A stretch of 64,000 bases of DNA from Microcoleus sp. GTDB taxonomy: Bacteria > Cyanobacteriota > Cyanobacteriia > Cyanobacteriales > Microcoleaceae. The stretch covers positions 5,728,001-5,792,000 of the forward strand of contig CP181291.1 in assembly GCA_052279835.1 (NCBI GenBank). Direction: 5' to 3'. The notes below the pieces were generated by a model. It did not search any database. It was not told where the DNA came from and worked only from the letters and a program-made list of their open reading frames with translations. Shown piece by piece: positions 9,356 through 19,953 of this stretch (positions are counted from its first letter, which is position 1; every line of letters begins with the position of its first letter). Both the position numbers and the translations under genes were made by a program.

Positions 9356-10771
9356 TTATCTGATGACCTCGCTTGACGCTTCTGTTACCATTGAATCAGA
9401 ATTGACAACAGTTAAACACGGTTCAATCAGCAAGTCAACAATACCGTTCCCACAGGATTCAGTACAAGACTGAACTCTAAACATTGCCACATCTACACAG
9501 CGATCGAGATAAGTCAAATCTTCATCTACCGTTCCTACCACCCCCGCATTCAAAAAATAAACCCCAGGATTTAGCAAACATTTAAATTGAAATTTGACTA
9601 CCATTGTCGTTCCTGCTTCCACATACTTAATTGACTTGCTAGAAGCCTTCAAAGAAGCACCAGCCAACTCAAAGCCGCTAATGGTTTTAATTAACATTCC
9701 AAATCTAACTTTGGAAGTAGACTTCGAGAAAGTGACAGAGTAAGTGTAAATATAATCTTGACGACCAATCAAGTGATTTACCACATTTCCCTTCAGCGTA
9801 GTGATGCAGGGATTAATAATGGAGGCTCCCCTAGAAGGATACCTGACCGTATTCGAGGGTATCATGCCTGGATCGTAATACTCTTCGTAATAGTCCTTAA
9901 ATTCTGGAATTGATTGCTCTTGTTTAATTTCTCCAGTTGTAATTTCTGTGGTGACATCCTGAAGGTCTTCTTCCGCTTCCTGCTTGGTGAGCTTATTCAA
10001 TACTCGAATATCTTCCTTTAACCCCAAGACTTTATCTGGATCGGCATAAATCAATTTTTGATACTTAGATATAACCACCTTGGGGGTGTGAGCTAGCAGT
10101 AATTCCCCGCTATCCATTAAAATTGCCGAAGTACAAAGTTGCACCACAGAAGTAGCTGCGTGAGAAACAAATAAAATCGTTCCCCCACCTTCCTGAATTG
10201 ACTGTAAGCGAGCAAAACACTTACGCTGAAAAGCTTCGTCACCGACAGAAAGTGCTTCATCAACCACCAAAATATTGGGCTCAACGCTAGTGGCGACAGC
10301 GAAAGCCAGTCGGACAAACATACCGCTAGAATAGGTTTTGACTGGCTGTTCGATGAAATCTCCAATATCCGCAAAAGCTGCTATTTCATCAAATTTTTCT
10401 TCGGTTTCTTTTTGATTGAATCCCAGGATTTGAGCGTTGAAAAATACATTTTGCCGTCCGGTAAATTCTGGGTTAAAACCACTGCCGAGTTCCAACAAAG
10501 CTGAGACTCGCCCTTTAACTTCGACGCTACCTGCGGTTGGTGTTAGCGTCCCCACAATTATTTGCAGGAGGGTGCTTTTTCCCGAACCGTTGCGACCGAC
10601 AATTCCTAGAGTTTGTCCTTGAGAAATTTCCAGATTGATGTCTTGTAGTGCCCAAAATTCGTCAGCAAGTTTTTTGCTGGGATAAATTATTTCCTTTAAG
10701 CGGTCTCCTGGGCGATCGTACCGTTTAAAACATTTGGAAACATTTTTGAGTGAAATTACAGTTTCTGTCAT
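9356..10771 (-). CDS. wzt: Polysaccharide ABC exporter ATPase with C-terminal carbohydrate-binding (Wzt_C) domain
   Basis: GRNGSGKST, YSSGMFVRLAF and VDEALSVGD motifs, plus a long beta-rich C-terminal extension. Confidence 0.92.
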   Translation of the reverse strand: MTETVISLKNVSKCFKRYDRPGDRLKEIIYPSKKLADEFWALQDINLEISQGQTLGIVGRNGSGKSTLLQIIVGTLTPTAGSVEVKGRVSALLELGSGFNPEFTGRQNVFFNAQILGFNQKETEEKFDEIAAFADIGDFIEQPVKTYSSGMFVRLAFAVATSVEPNILVVDEALSVGDEAFQRKCFARLQSIQEGGGTILFVSHAATSVVQLCTSAILMDSGELLLAHTPKVVISKYQKLIYADPDKVLGLKEDIRVLNKLTKQEAEEDLQDVTTEITTGEIKQEQSIPEFKDYYEEYYDPGMIPSNTVRYPSRGASIINPCITTLKGNVVNHLIGRQDYIYTYSVTFSKSTSKVRFGMLIKTISGFELAGASLKASSKSIKYVEAGTTMVVKFQFKCLLNPGVYFLNAGVVGTVDEDLTYLDRCVDVAMFRVQSCTESCGNGIVDLLIEPCLTVVNSDSMVTEASSEVIR

Positions 10772-10851
10772 TGGATTTTAGATTTTAGATTTAAGATTTT
10801 AGATTGACTTTAGATCTAAAACAAATTTACAGTACCCTATCTAAAACCAAT

Positions 10852-11721
10852 TTACAGCACGTCAGCAAAAGCCGGACGCAAACGTCGGTAAACAATTAAA
10901 CCTCCACAAAATATAGCAGCAGAAATTAATGTGGCTACACCCCATTCGCCCCAGTGTTTCACTTCTCCAAGCAGTATGAGGTCGCGGTAAACTTCTGAAA
11001 TTGCGGCCATTGGATTCAACCAAAAGATCAATCCACGCCACTGTTCGGGAATCACCGATGCTGGATAGACGATCGGCGTCAAATAGAACCAAAAATTTAG
11101 AATAACACCTAAAGTCTGAGGAATATCTCGCAAAAATACCGTTAAGCCTGCGGTCAAATATCCCAAGCCGGCAGTTAGCAGCAACTGAGGCATCCAAACC
11201 AGGGGCAGCAAGCACAGTGTAGCGTTGAGCTTTTGCGATGATACTGCTACTATGACGATTAAAGCTGCTAGACCGAGAGAGCTTTCAATAAATGCTGTCA
11301 AAATAGGTACTAGCGGCAGTAAACCGAGGGGAAATACCACTTTTTTCACTAAGTTTGGCTGCCCTACTACGGATACTGCCGACTTAATCAAACCACTGGT
11401 AAAGGCACTCCAAGGCAGTAAACCTGCAAACAGCCAGACTCCAAAGGTAATGTCGCTGTTTTCTGGGAAGCCTGCAAGGTTGAGTTTTACCTTGAGGACA
11501 ATGGAAAACACGTAAGTGTAAATCAGCAATTGTGATAGCTGATTCAGCAAAGGCCACAAATTGCCCAGAATTGAGCCTTTGTATTGAGATTCTAAATCGC
11601 GGCGCACTAATGTTGCCAGCAAATTGAGCTTCGCCCGTCGCCCGCGGCTAACCGTTCGGGCTTTGTGGGCAAATCCTTTGACCGATCTCAGCAATTTTTT
11701 GCCCTCGTTTGCTACCTTCAC
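10852..11721 (-). CDS. wzm: Polysaccharide ABC exporter permease
   Basis: RRDLESQYKGSILGNLW, FYLTPIVYP, LNPMA and C-terminal FADVL; adjacent to wzt. Confidence 0.92.
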   Translation of the reverse strand: MKVANEGKKLLRSVKGFAHKARTVSRGRRAKLNLLATLVRRDLESQYKGSILGNLWPLLNQLSQLLIYTYVFSIVLKVKLNLAGFPENSDITFGVWLFAGLLPWSAFTSGLIKSAVSVVGQPNLVKKVVFPLGLLPLVPILTAFIESSLGLAALIVIVAVSSQKLNATLCLLPLVWMPQLLLTAGLGYLTAGLTVFLRDIPQTLGVILNFWFYLTPIVYPASVIPEQWRGLIFWLNPMAAISEVYRDLILLGEVKHWGEWGVATLISAAIFCGGLIVYRRLRPAFADVL

Positions 11722-11864
11722 ACCTAAATCAACTCAAGCTGTTTGATAGCAGCTTTTGTTAAACCGCAATTATTCCACAGCCTCGCTACTTTTATCAAGG
11801 GTTTGTGGGCTAGCTGCACCCACAGAGATTGTTTTGAAGCCAGAAGGCACTTATGGGCTGTTGA

Positions 11865-12428
11865 TTAGCCGATCGCCTCGCTGAGTGCCGAAGCGATCGC
11901 GGCTTTTTGCTCCCCATCATAGCCCCAGCGATCGAAAAACTGCTCATATTCCCCTTGTCCAGTCCGCAAATTTTCTAGCATTTGCTCAGCTAGAGTTTGA
12001 CAAGCAGGTATTTGCAGAGTTTGAATTAGATGGCGCGATCGCCCTTGTACTCTCTGTGAACCCGCAGCCATTTCGGGCTTGTGATGACGCGAGTGATAGA
12101 CAACCATGGCAGCCGACATCGCCAGATTTTTTACCAGCAGTTCTGCTACGATCTCAGGAGCCTCGCGCAGTGCATCCAGCACTCCAGAAGACGGTTCATC
12201 TGCAAGGTGTCGATCGTCCGTCAGATAGGTGACAAAAAACCCTCTAGCGCCGTTGTGTGTGTTCACCAGAGAAGCCACTGCTTGCTGAATCTGGGCCTGT
12301 GAAAGTCGTGAAGCGTAGCTATCCCGTAGGGAATCGGCTTCAATTTCCGACAATAAAGATTGAGTCAGCGCGATCGCCCCCTCAAAAGTTATATTTTCCG
12401 ATGCTAATAAATCCGACGGTATACTCAT
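11865..12428 (-). CDS. Conserved cyanobacterial hypothetical protein
   Basis: GARGFFVTYLT and LVKNLAMS motifs. The MSIPS start is preferred to the ORF-track start at 12473. Confidence 0.75.
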   Translation of the reverse strand: MSIPSDLLASENITFEGAIALTQSLLSEIEADSLRDSYASRLSQAQIQQAVASLVNTHNGARGFFVTYLTDDRHLADEPSSGVLDALREAPEIVAELLVKNLAMSAAMVVYHSRHHKPEMAAGSQRVQGRSRHLIQTLQIPACQTLAEQMLENLRTGQGEYEQFFDRWGYDGEQKAAIASALSEAIG

Positions 12429-12499
12429 AGCCAACTCAATAATTCTCAAGACTATTTTAATAATTGTAAACAATTTCCCCAGTTCGCTCGCAGATTAAT

Positions 12500-13597
12500 A
12501 TGGCAATTATCTCCTCCAAACAACAGCCTCCCGATCCAAATCTACCCGAACACATTGCCGCAGCCACCCCCAAAAAAACCAAAAATAAAGCTGTAAAACC
12601 CCAGACAGAATCGCTGGTAGAGCCCCAAGAACTAGCCGACGAAACCAACAGCAAACAAGACGACAAAATCCGACCTCAGCGATTAGCTGAATACATCGGC
12701 CAGAAAGACTTGAGAGAAGTTTTGGCGATCGCAATTCAAGCAGCCAAATCCCGAAACGAACCAATGGATCACCTGTTACTGTATGGGCCGCCAGGGTTAG
12801 GTAAAACCACAATGTCGCTAATTTTAGCAGCAGAAATGGAAGTTGAATGCAAAATCACCACAGCCCCAGCCCTAGAAAAACCCCGCGATATTGTCGGATT
12901 GTTAGTCAACCTCAAAGCAGGAGACGTGCTGTTTATCGACGAAATTCACAGATTATCAAAAGTAACAGAAGAAATCCTCTATCCAGCGATGGAAGATTGC
13001 CGCTTAGATATTACGATTGGTCAAGGCAAAAGTGCCAAAATTCGCAGTATTCCCCTCAAACCGTTTACCTTAGTAGGAGCAACCACAAAAGTTGGGTCAC
13101 TCACAGCTCCCTTGCGCGATCGCTTCGGACTGATCCAAAGATTACGCTACTACGAAATAGACGAACTCAGTTTAATTGTCCAAAGAAGTGCCCAAGTTCT
13201 CGACACTCCCATGACAGCAGAAGGAGCCACAGAAATTGCCCGACGAGCTCGTGGCACACCCCGCATTGCTAACCGATTGTTGCGGCGAGTTAGAGACTAT
13301 AGTGAAGTCAAACAATTAAAGCCGATCACCGCCGAAGTGGCATCGGTTGCCCTAGAATTATTCAATGTCGATCCGCTAGGTTTGGATTGGACCGATCGGT
13401 GTCTGTTGACAGCAATGATTGAGAACTTCAACGGTGGTCCAGTTGGTTTAGAAACCCTGGCAGCTTCCACAGGAGAGGATACTCAAACGATTGAGGATGT
13501 GTACGAACCTTATTTGATGCAAATTGGATTTTTGCAAAGAACAAGTAGGGGTAGAATTGCCACGGTTGCTGCTTACAAACACCTGGGTTTACTTTAA
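12500..13597 (+). CDS. ruvB: Holliday junction branch migration helicase RuvB
   Basis: [41 protein letters not shown]. Confidence 0.97.
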   Translation: MAIISSKQQPPDPNLPEHIAAATPKKTKNKAVKPQTESLVEPQELADETNSKQDDKIRPQRLAEYIGQKDLREVLAIAIQAAKSRNEPMDHLLLYGPPGLGKTTMSLILAAEMEVECKITTAPALEKPRDIVGLLVNLKAGDVLFIDEIHRLSKVTEEILYPAMEDCRLDITIGQGKSAKIRSIPLKPFTLVGATTKVGSLTAPLRDRFGLIQRLRYYEIDELSLIVQRSAQVLDTPMTAEGATEIARRARGTPRIANRLLRRVRDYSEVKQLKPITAEVASVALELFNVDPLGLDWTDRCLLTAMIENFNGGPVGLETLAASTGEDTQTIEDVYEPYLMQIGFLQRTSRGRIATVAAYKHLGLL

Positions 13598-13616
13598 TGG
13601 GAGATTGGCCATTGCA

Positions 13617-13737
13617 CTGGTTCCCAGGCAGAGCCTGGGAACCCAGATCAAGAGGCTCTGCCTCGATGGTATGGTTCAAGGCGAAAGGCGAGGCAGAGCC
13701 TCTGGATCTGCGTCCCTAGGCAGAGCCTAGGGACGAG
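13617..13737 (+). repeat. ~120-140 bp multi-hairpin REP/MITE-like element (CCAGGCAGAGCCTGG family), copy 1
   Basis: Homologous copies at 24568-24704, 24719-24855 and 57378-57499. Confidence 0.88.
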
Positions 13738-13740
13738 GGA

Positions 13741-13963
13741 TAACAAACAACAAATAACCAATAACAAACAACCAATAACCAATAACCAATAACCAATAAC
13801 CAATAACCAATAACCAATAACCAATAACTAATAACCAATAACCAATAACTAATAACTAATAACTAATAACTAATAACTAATAACTAATAACTAATAACTA
13901 ATAACAAACAACAAATAACCAATAACAAACAACCAATAACAAATAACCAATAACCAATAACAA
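13741..13963. repeat. STRR heptamer tract (TAACCAA/TAACTAA)n
   Basis: Long run of tandem 7-mers immediately upstream of recN. Confidence 0.95.
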
Positions 13964-13970
13964 ATTCCCC

Positions 13971-15746
13971 ATGTTACTATCCCTGAGAATCGAAAACTTT
14001 GCCTTGATTGACTGTCTAGACCTAGAATTTGGCCCTAGTTTGAACGTATTTACAGGCGAAACAGGGGCTGGCAAATCGATAATTCTAGATGCGATCGATG
14101 CAGTCTTGGGTGGAAAAGTCGATCGCCGGGTGATTCGCACAGGAGCAGCGCGGGCCATACTGGAAGCTACTTTTGAATTGGACAAAGCTGCGGTATTGTG
14201 GCTGGGCGAGCAAGAAATTGAACCCATTGATGGGAATTTAGCGGTTTGCAGCCGGGAAATTATGGCATCTAGCGGTACTCTGCGGACGCGATCGCGTTTG
14301 AACGGAATTTTGGTCAACCGCCCCTTGATGGAGCAACTGCGCGATCGACTCGTGGAAATTACTGCTCAAGGCCAAACTGTCCAACTAGGACTAGAAACGC
14401 TCCAGCGAGAATGGCTAGATCTCTACGGTGGTAAAACTATTTTGCAAGGGCGATCGAATGTCACCGCAGCATGGCTTGTCGCCAGCGAAGCCAAAACCGC
14501 CCTCAACCGCAGACGTCAGTCAGAACAGCAGCGCCTGCAAAGACTTGATTTATTAGAATACCAAGTCCGAGAGCTTGGCCAAGCCCATATCGAAGACGCG
14601 GCTGAATTGGAAAACCTCGAACAAGAATCAATCAGGCTTAGTCACGTTGTGGAGTTGCAGCAACAAAGTTACCAAGTTCATCAAGCTCTGTATCAAAATG
14701 ACACTGATGCCGCCTCTGCTGCTGACTTGTTGAGCAAAGCTGAGGCAACTTTAAGCGACATGGCCGTCTACGATGTTCAGTTGCAACCAATTCTAGAAAT
14801 GGTCAGCGATGCTCTAGCTCAAGCTACAGAAGCCAGCCGCCAAATTAGCAGCTACGGCGAACAATTAGAAGCAGATCCGCAAAGACTTGAAGAAGTAGAA
14901 GAGCGAATTCAGGAACTTAAACAAATCTGTCGCAAATATGGCCCGCTTAAAGAAGCGATCGCCTATTATCAAACCATCCAAAACGAACTAAATGAACTTT
15001 TAGCAGGCGGCGAGTCTATGGAGGCATTAGAACTCGCCTATCAAGCCTCTATGGAGCAATTAAAGGATGCTTGCAGCCACCTCAGCGCCCTGCGACGGGA
15101 AACGGCTCTGAAACTCGAAGCTGCTTTAGTGGCAGAACTCAAGCCCTTGGCCATGGAAAAAGTACAATTTCAAGTGGAAATTGCAGCAGTTACCCCAACA
15201 GCAAATGGTGCCGATCGCATCGCCTTTTGTTTCAGTCCGAATCCAGGGGAACCTCTGCAACCCCTAGGTGCGATCGCCTCTGGGGGAGAAATGAGTCGCT
15301 TTTTGCTCGCCATCAAAGCTTGTTTTTCGCAAATAGAAGGTGCTAGCACTCTGGTATTTGATGAAATTGATGCCGGGGTGTCTGGGAGAGTGGCTGGGGC
15401 GATCGCCAAAAAACTCCATCAACTTTCGGAAAAACACCAAGTCCTTTGTGTGACACACCAACCTTTGATTGCTGCGATGGCGGACTGTCACTTTCGTGTC
15501 AACAAACAGACGATCGCCTATGAAACAGGCATAAAGGAAGATCTAGGCAACCCTGAATCATCGGAACGTACAGTGGTGCGTGTTGTGGCCCTCAACAGCC
15601 AGCAGCGACGGGAAGAACTGGCTCAACTTGCTAGTGGGCGATCGGAAACAGAAGCCATCGCTTTTGCTGAATCTCTCCTAGCTCAGGCTGCTTCTTTGCG
15701 TCAAATTCATTCTCAAAAAACTGAAGTTGACCGCAATTATTGTTAA
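13971..15746 (+). CDS. recN: DNA repair protein RecN
   Basis: TGETGAGKS, ASGGEMSRF, FDEIDAGVSG, LCVTHQP. Confidence 0.97.
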   Translation: MLLSLRIENFALIDCLDLEFGPSLNVFTGETGAGKSIILDAIDAVLGGKVDRRVIRTGAARAILEATFELDKAAVLWLGEQEIEPIDGNLAVCSREIMASSGTLRTRSRLNGILVNRPLMEQLRDRLVEITAQGQTVQLGLETLQREWLDLYGGKTILQGRSNVTAAWLVASEAKTALNRRRQSEQQRLQRLDLLEYQVRELGQAHIEDAAELENLEQESIRLSHVVELQQQSYQVHQALYQNDTDAASAADLLSKAEATLSDMAVYDVQLQPILEMVSDALAQATEASRQISSYGEQLEADPQRLEEVEERIQELKQICRKYGPLKEAIAYYQTIQNELNELLAGGESMEALELAYQASMEQLKDACSHLSALRRETALKLEAALVAELKPLAMEKVQFQVEIAAVTPTANGADRIAFCFSPNPGEPLQPLGAIASGGEMSRFLLAIKACFSQIEGASTLVFDEIDAGVSGRVAGAIAKKLHQLSEKHQVLCVTHQPLIAAMADCHFRVNKQTIAYETGIKEDLGNPESSERTVVRVVALNSQQRREELAQLASGRSETEAIAFAESLLAQAASLRQIHSQKTEVDRNYC

Positions 15747-16391
15747 GATTTAACAACTAAACAGGGTATTTATGTCACAGTTAGCTGTGACAGTCGATGG
15801 CAAGCAGATATTACTATCACAGTTGTACCAGTCTCAGCAACTGTTTTAGCGGCGAAGTTGACAGAAATTCTATCTAGAAACCACAATTGTAGAGATGAGC
15901 ACACATAATTAGTTAGTAGTGGTGTCAGAATGGCGGCTAGTCAAACTTTAGTCCGCATCCATCGACCCCCTGACAGCTCTGGGCTGTTTCATTGTGGTGA
16001 CAAATCATCGTTTTGTAAGGGTAGTTCCCCCGTGCCTACCCTCCCCGTCCACTCCTATATTTACAAGAGATTGCAGTCCGCCCAGGCGATCGAACGTTCT
16101 GAGTCACCGAATCTAGTTACACTTAGTAAACCAAATGTCAAAATCCGATACTAAACCATTTAAAAAGGATTCCCGACCTCTGAGCACCGTGGACTAATGG
16201 CCACAGCGCTCTCAATCTCCCACGGTTCTCCCCCAAACGGCCTTTCCTTGCCATCGGTAGGAAGTTCTGTAAACTGGGAAATAGTTTGACAAATACTTTT
16301 ACTCTACTCTTGTGCAACGCTCCGGGCGATCTACTTGCCAGATCTGCTACCTGAGAGACCAAACCTTAAACTTAAGCTTCTCTAAAGGTCT

Positions 16392-19300
16392 ATGAATTAT
16401 TCTGCATCTTCCAATCTGTCATCCCTAGGTAATGTGACTATAGATGTCACTCCTATCACTGAAAATCATCAGGAACAGCAATCTCACTATCCCTCTAGCA
16501 GTGGTCAAATCGTCACAACCCAAGGAAACTTCTCCAGTTTCCTCGCACCCCTAAACAAGGATAGTTTTAAAGGAGTTGCCAAGGACGTAGAGAACAAACT
16601 GAAGGTTGTCAATCAAACCTTGGGAATGCTCGACAACCTTTTAGACAGCCAAGGGTTTGACGCTATCCTTAACGAAATGTTGCAGTCGATTACCCAGAAA
16701 ACCGGGGAATTGCTCAATGCCGATCGCAGCACTATATTTTTATTAGATGACGAAAAAAATGAACTCTGGGCAAGGGTTGCCAAAGATGAACATGGCAACA
16801 ACCTAGAACTCAGATTTCCCGCCAATGTGGGCATTGCTGGAGAAGTCGCCACCGGCAGAAAAGGGGTGAATATTCCCTATGATTTTTACAACGACCCGCG
16901 ATCGACTAACGCCAAAAAAACTGACGAAAAAACAGGATATCGCACCTATACAATGCTGGCGATGCCTCTGATCAATGAAGACACACAAGAGTTAGTAGCA
17001 GTCGTTCAACTGATTAATAAACTCAAGGCAGATCATCATAATTACGACCATTTAGACGCACAGATTGACAGGCAAGGATTTACCCAAGAAGACGAACAAA
17101 TATTTAGAGAATTTGCCCCGTCCATTCGCCTAATTTTAGAATCTTCTAAATCTTTCTACGCAGCAACTCAAAGGCAGCGGGCAGCGACAGCGCTGATGAA
17201 CGCCGTCAACGCTCTTTCTCAAAGCAGTCTAGACTTAGAAGACACTCTCAAACGGGTGATGGATCAGGCTCAAGAACTGATGCAAGCCGATCGCAGCACC
17301 CTGTGGCTAATTGACGAAGATCGAGATCAACTATGGACAAAAATCCCGATCGCAGGTCAACTTCAAGAACTTCGCATACCCAGAACCGCCGGTTTTGCAG
17401 GTATTGTCGCCCAATCCAGTGAACCGCTACTAATTTCCTTTGACGTATATAACGACTCCCGCGCCGAAACTTCCAAAGAAACCGACAAAAAAACTGGCTA
17501 CCGCACTTGCAGTATGCTCTGTATGCCAGTATTTAATGCCGACCACAAATTGATTGGAGTCACCCAGTTAATTAACAAAAAAAAACAAGGAGAATACCCC
17601 CCATACAATCCAGAAAACTGGCCTGAAGCCCCGGAACAATGGCGAGCTAGTTTCAATCGCAACGACATGGAATTTATGAAAGCGTTTAATATCCAAGCAG
17701 GAGTAGCCCTGCAAAACGCCAAACTATTTGCCGAAGTCAAACAGCAAGAACAAAGACAAAAAGATATGCTGCACGCCCTGACAAACGCTGTCATATCTAC
17801 AGACCAAAAAGGCCATATAGTCGCTACGAATCCCAGTGCCAAAAAATTGCTTGGCGTTAGCGATGCCCGCTTGGCAGAAGGTCAATCTTTGCGCGATCTA
17901 ATTAACTTGGAAAAAGGTGATTTTGCCAAGTGGTTCGATCTGGCATTGCACCCTACAGACGACGAACACCGCCAGCAGTATTACCCTGACCAAGTATTGA
18001 AGCGCTCGGAAGGAGAACCATTGAATCGCTCGGAAGGAGAACCATTGAAGCCCTCGGAAGGAGAACGAGCGAAGCCCTCCGAAGAAGAACAGCAGAGCAT
18101 AAATTTGTCGATCAATTCCATGACAGATGCTACTGACCCCAAAAAAGTTAACGGAGCATTAGTTGTGATGGAAGATATCAGCAGCGCTAAGCAAGTCAAA
18201 AACTTGATGTACCGCTACATGACCCCAGCAGTAGCCGAAGCGCTGCTGGCTTCAGGAGATACAGGATTGGGAGGTAAACGCAAGCACGTTTCGGTGCTGT
18301 TCTCCGATATTCGTGGCTACACCACACTTACGGAAAAATTGCAAGCCGAACAAGTGGTACTCATGCTCAACGACTATTTTGAAGTGATGGTAGATTCCGT
18401 ATTCAACTACGGAGGTACTCTCGACAAATACATCGGCGACGCTCTGATGGCAGTTTTTGGCTCTCCAGCACCCCTAGAAGATCATGCCTGGTGCGCCATG
18501 CAAACCGCGGTGGAAATGCGGGAAAAATTGAAGGAATTTAATCAAGAGCGAATTGCTAATGGCGAGTTACCGATCAGTATCGGTATGGGCATCCATTCCG
18601 ACGAAGTTGTCAGTGGCAACATCGGCTCCAGCAGACGGATGGAACTCACTTCCATTGGAGATGGGGTGAATCTCGCCTCTCGCTTAGAAGGGGCCAGCAA
18701 GCAGTACGGCACTGACTTAATCATTAGTGACAACACCTACAAAGAATACAAAGAGCGACTGTACGTACGGGAACTAGATTTCATTACTGTTAAAGGCAAA
18801 AGCGAACCAGTCATCATTTACGAACTTGTAGCTATCAAGCCCGGTTACTCCTCCGTTAGCAGGGAGCTGACTGATGAAGAGGCAAAAAAATTTAAAACTG
18901 CTGTAGAACAACTAGAACACTACAACGCAGGACGCGAATTTTACAAGCAACCTGTTACTCAAAAACTATCTAAGGCTGAGGTGGAAGAAATATTAAAGAC
19001 TGTGGCAAAAATGCCAGAAGCAAAGGTCAAAGAACTCTCCTACGATGTCGATAAACAGTTAGAACATGAACTCAAAAAATTGTTATATCAACTAAAAAAA
19101 GAGCCTGAGTACGATGTAACAAATCAGTCCCCAGCCCATAAAATATTCGAGTCAGAAATTAAACTCCTGAAATGGGAAGGTATCAAAAACCTCTCGGAAG
19201 ACGAAGCCACACTCTTGATAAAATCTAAGATCGGAGAGTTATCACCAGACAAAATTAAGGAATTGCAAGAGGGCGATGTCAAAAAGATTTTAGAAGCAGA

Positions 19301-19658
19301 TATCCAAGACCCCTCAAATCGCCAAATCAAACCTCTGAAATCCTCACATATCAGACAGTTATTGCAGGCGAAAATTAAAAGCCGGGCCGAAGAAACAGTA
19401 GCAGAAAGGTTAGATGAGGAATTTGTGGAAAATCTGACCCTCGATGGGGTGAAAAAGGTACTGAGCGAAATTAAGACAAAGTTAGAACCGAAAGCTAGGA
19501 AGTGTTTTGAACACGCACTGGGCAAATTTAATGAGGTTTTGAGCAAAGATCCCAAAAACAAGGCGGCTAAATTACACGTCGATCGCTGTCTGCTATATAG
19601 ACTTGACCCCCCAGACGTACTCAACTGGGACGGGGTGTGGAACCTTACAGAAAAATAG
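16392..19658 (+). CDS. cyaB: Class III adenylate cyclase, GAF-GAF-PAS-cyclase-TPR (CyaB type)
   Basis: Two GAF domains with NK(L/K)..F...D motifs; FSDIRGYT, DKYIGDALMA, GDGVNLASRLE; C-terminal WDGVW. Confidence 0.92.
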   Translation: MNYSASSNLSSLGNVTIDVTPITENHQEQQSHYPSSSGQIVTTQGNFSSFLAPLNKDSFKGVAKDVENKLKVVNQTLGMLDNLLDSQGFDAILNEMLQSITQKTGELLNADRSTIFLLDDEKNELWARVAKDEHGNNLELRFPANVGIAGEVATGRKGVNIPYDFYNDPRSTNAKKTDEKTGYRTYTMLAMPLINEDTQELVAVVQLINKLKADHHNYDHLDAQIDRQGFTQEDEQIFREFAPSIRLILESSKSFYAATQRQRAATALMNAVNALSQSSLDLEDTLKRVMDQAQELMQADRSTLWLIDEDRDQLWTKIPIAGQLQELRIPRTAGFAGIVAQSSEPLLISFDVYNDSRAETSKETDKKTGYRTCSMLCMPVFNADHKLIGVTQLINKKKQGEYPPYNPENWPEAPEQWRASFNRNDMEFMKAFNIQAGVALQNAKLFAEVKQQEQRQKDMLHALTNAVISTDQKGHIVATNPSAKKLLGVSDARLAEGQSLRDLINLEKGDFAKWFDLALHPTDDEHRQQYYPDQVLKRSEGEPLNRSEGEPLKPSEGERAKPSEEEQQSINLSINSMTDATDPKKVNGALVVMEDISSAKQVKNLMYRYMTPAVAEALLASGDTGLGGKRKHVSVLFSDIRGYTTLTEKLQAEQVVLMLNDYFEVMVDSVFNYGGTLDKYIGDALMAVFGSPAPLEDHAWCAMQTAVEMREKLKEFNQERIANGELPISIGMGIHSDEVVSGNIGSSRRMELTSIGDGVNLASRLEGASKQYGTDLIISDNTYKEYKERLYVRELDFITVKGKSEPVIIYELVAIKPGYSSVSRELTDEEAKKFKTAVEQLEHYNAGREFYKQPVTQKLSKAEVEEILKTVAKMPEAKVKELSYDVDKQLEHELKKLLYQLKKEPEYDVTNQSPAHKIFESEIKLLKWEGIKNLSEDEATLLIKSKIGELSPDKIKELQEGDVKKILEADIQDPSNRQIKPLKSSHIRQLLQAKIKSRAEETVAERLDEEFVENLTLDGVKKVLSEIKTKLEPKARKCFEHALGKFNEVLSKDPKNKAAKLHVDRCLLYRLDPPDVLNWDGVWNLTEK

Positions 19659-19953
19659 GACTCCCCGCCCTAAGTCCTGGGTTAAATGCTGAACCAGCCC
19701 CCCTCTGGCTGGCAGCCACGGCGAACCATAAACCTCAACATCCGATTGGGGTTTCAAACGCCAAATTAACTTATTGACAAACTACCCATAGCTGAATGTG
19801 TGGGGAATTTTTATCCTGCCATGCTTTCTCTAACACTCACTGAGACGGTGATTTTAAATCTGCTCCAACAGGTATGATTGTTTTATGAAAGATGCTGAAA
19901 ACCACAGCTACTTAATGTTCTAGTCTTATTATGGAAAACTACTAGCGTCAGTT

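Noticed and set aside
10773..10806. (ATTTTAG)n short tracts, also near 28625 and 49250
   Set aside because: Ordinary cyanobacterial STRR repeats.
13741..13963. Possible CRISPR array
   Set aside because: Pure 7-mer tandem repeats with no spacers.
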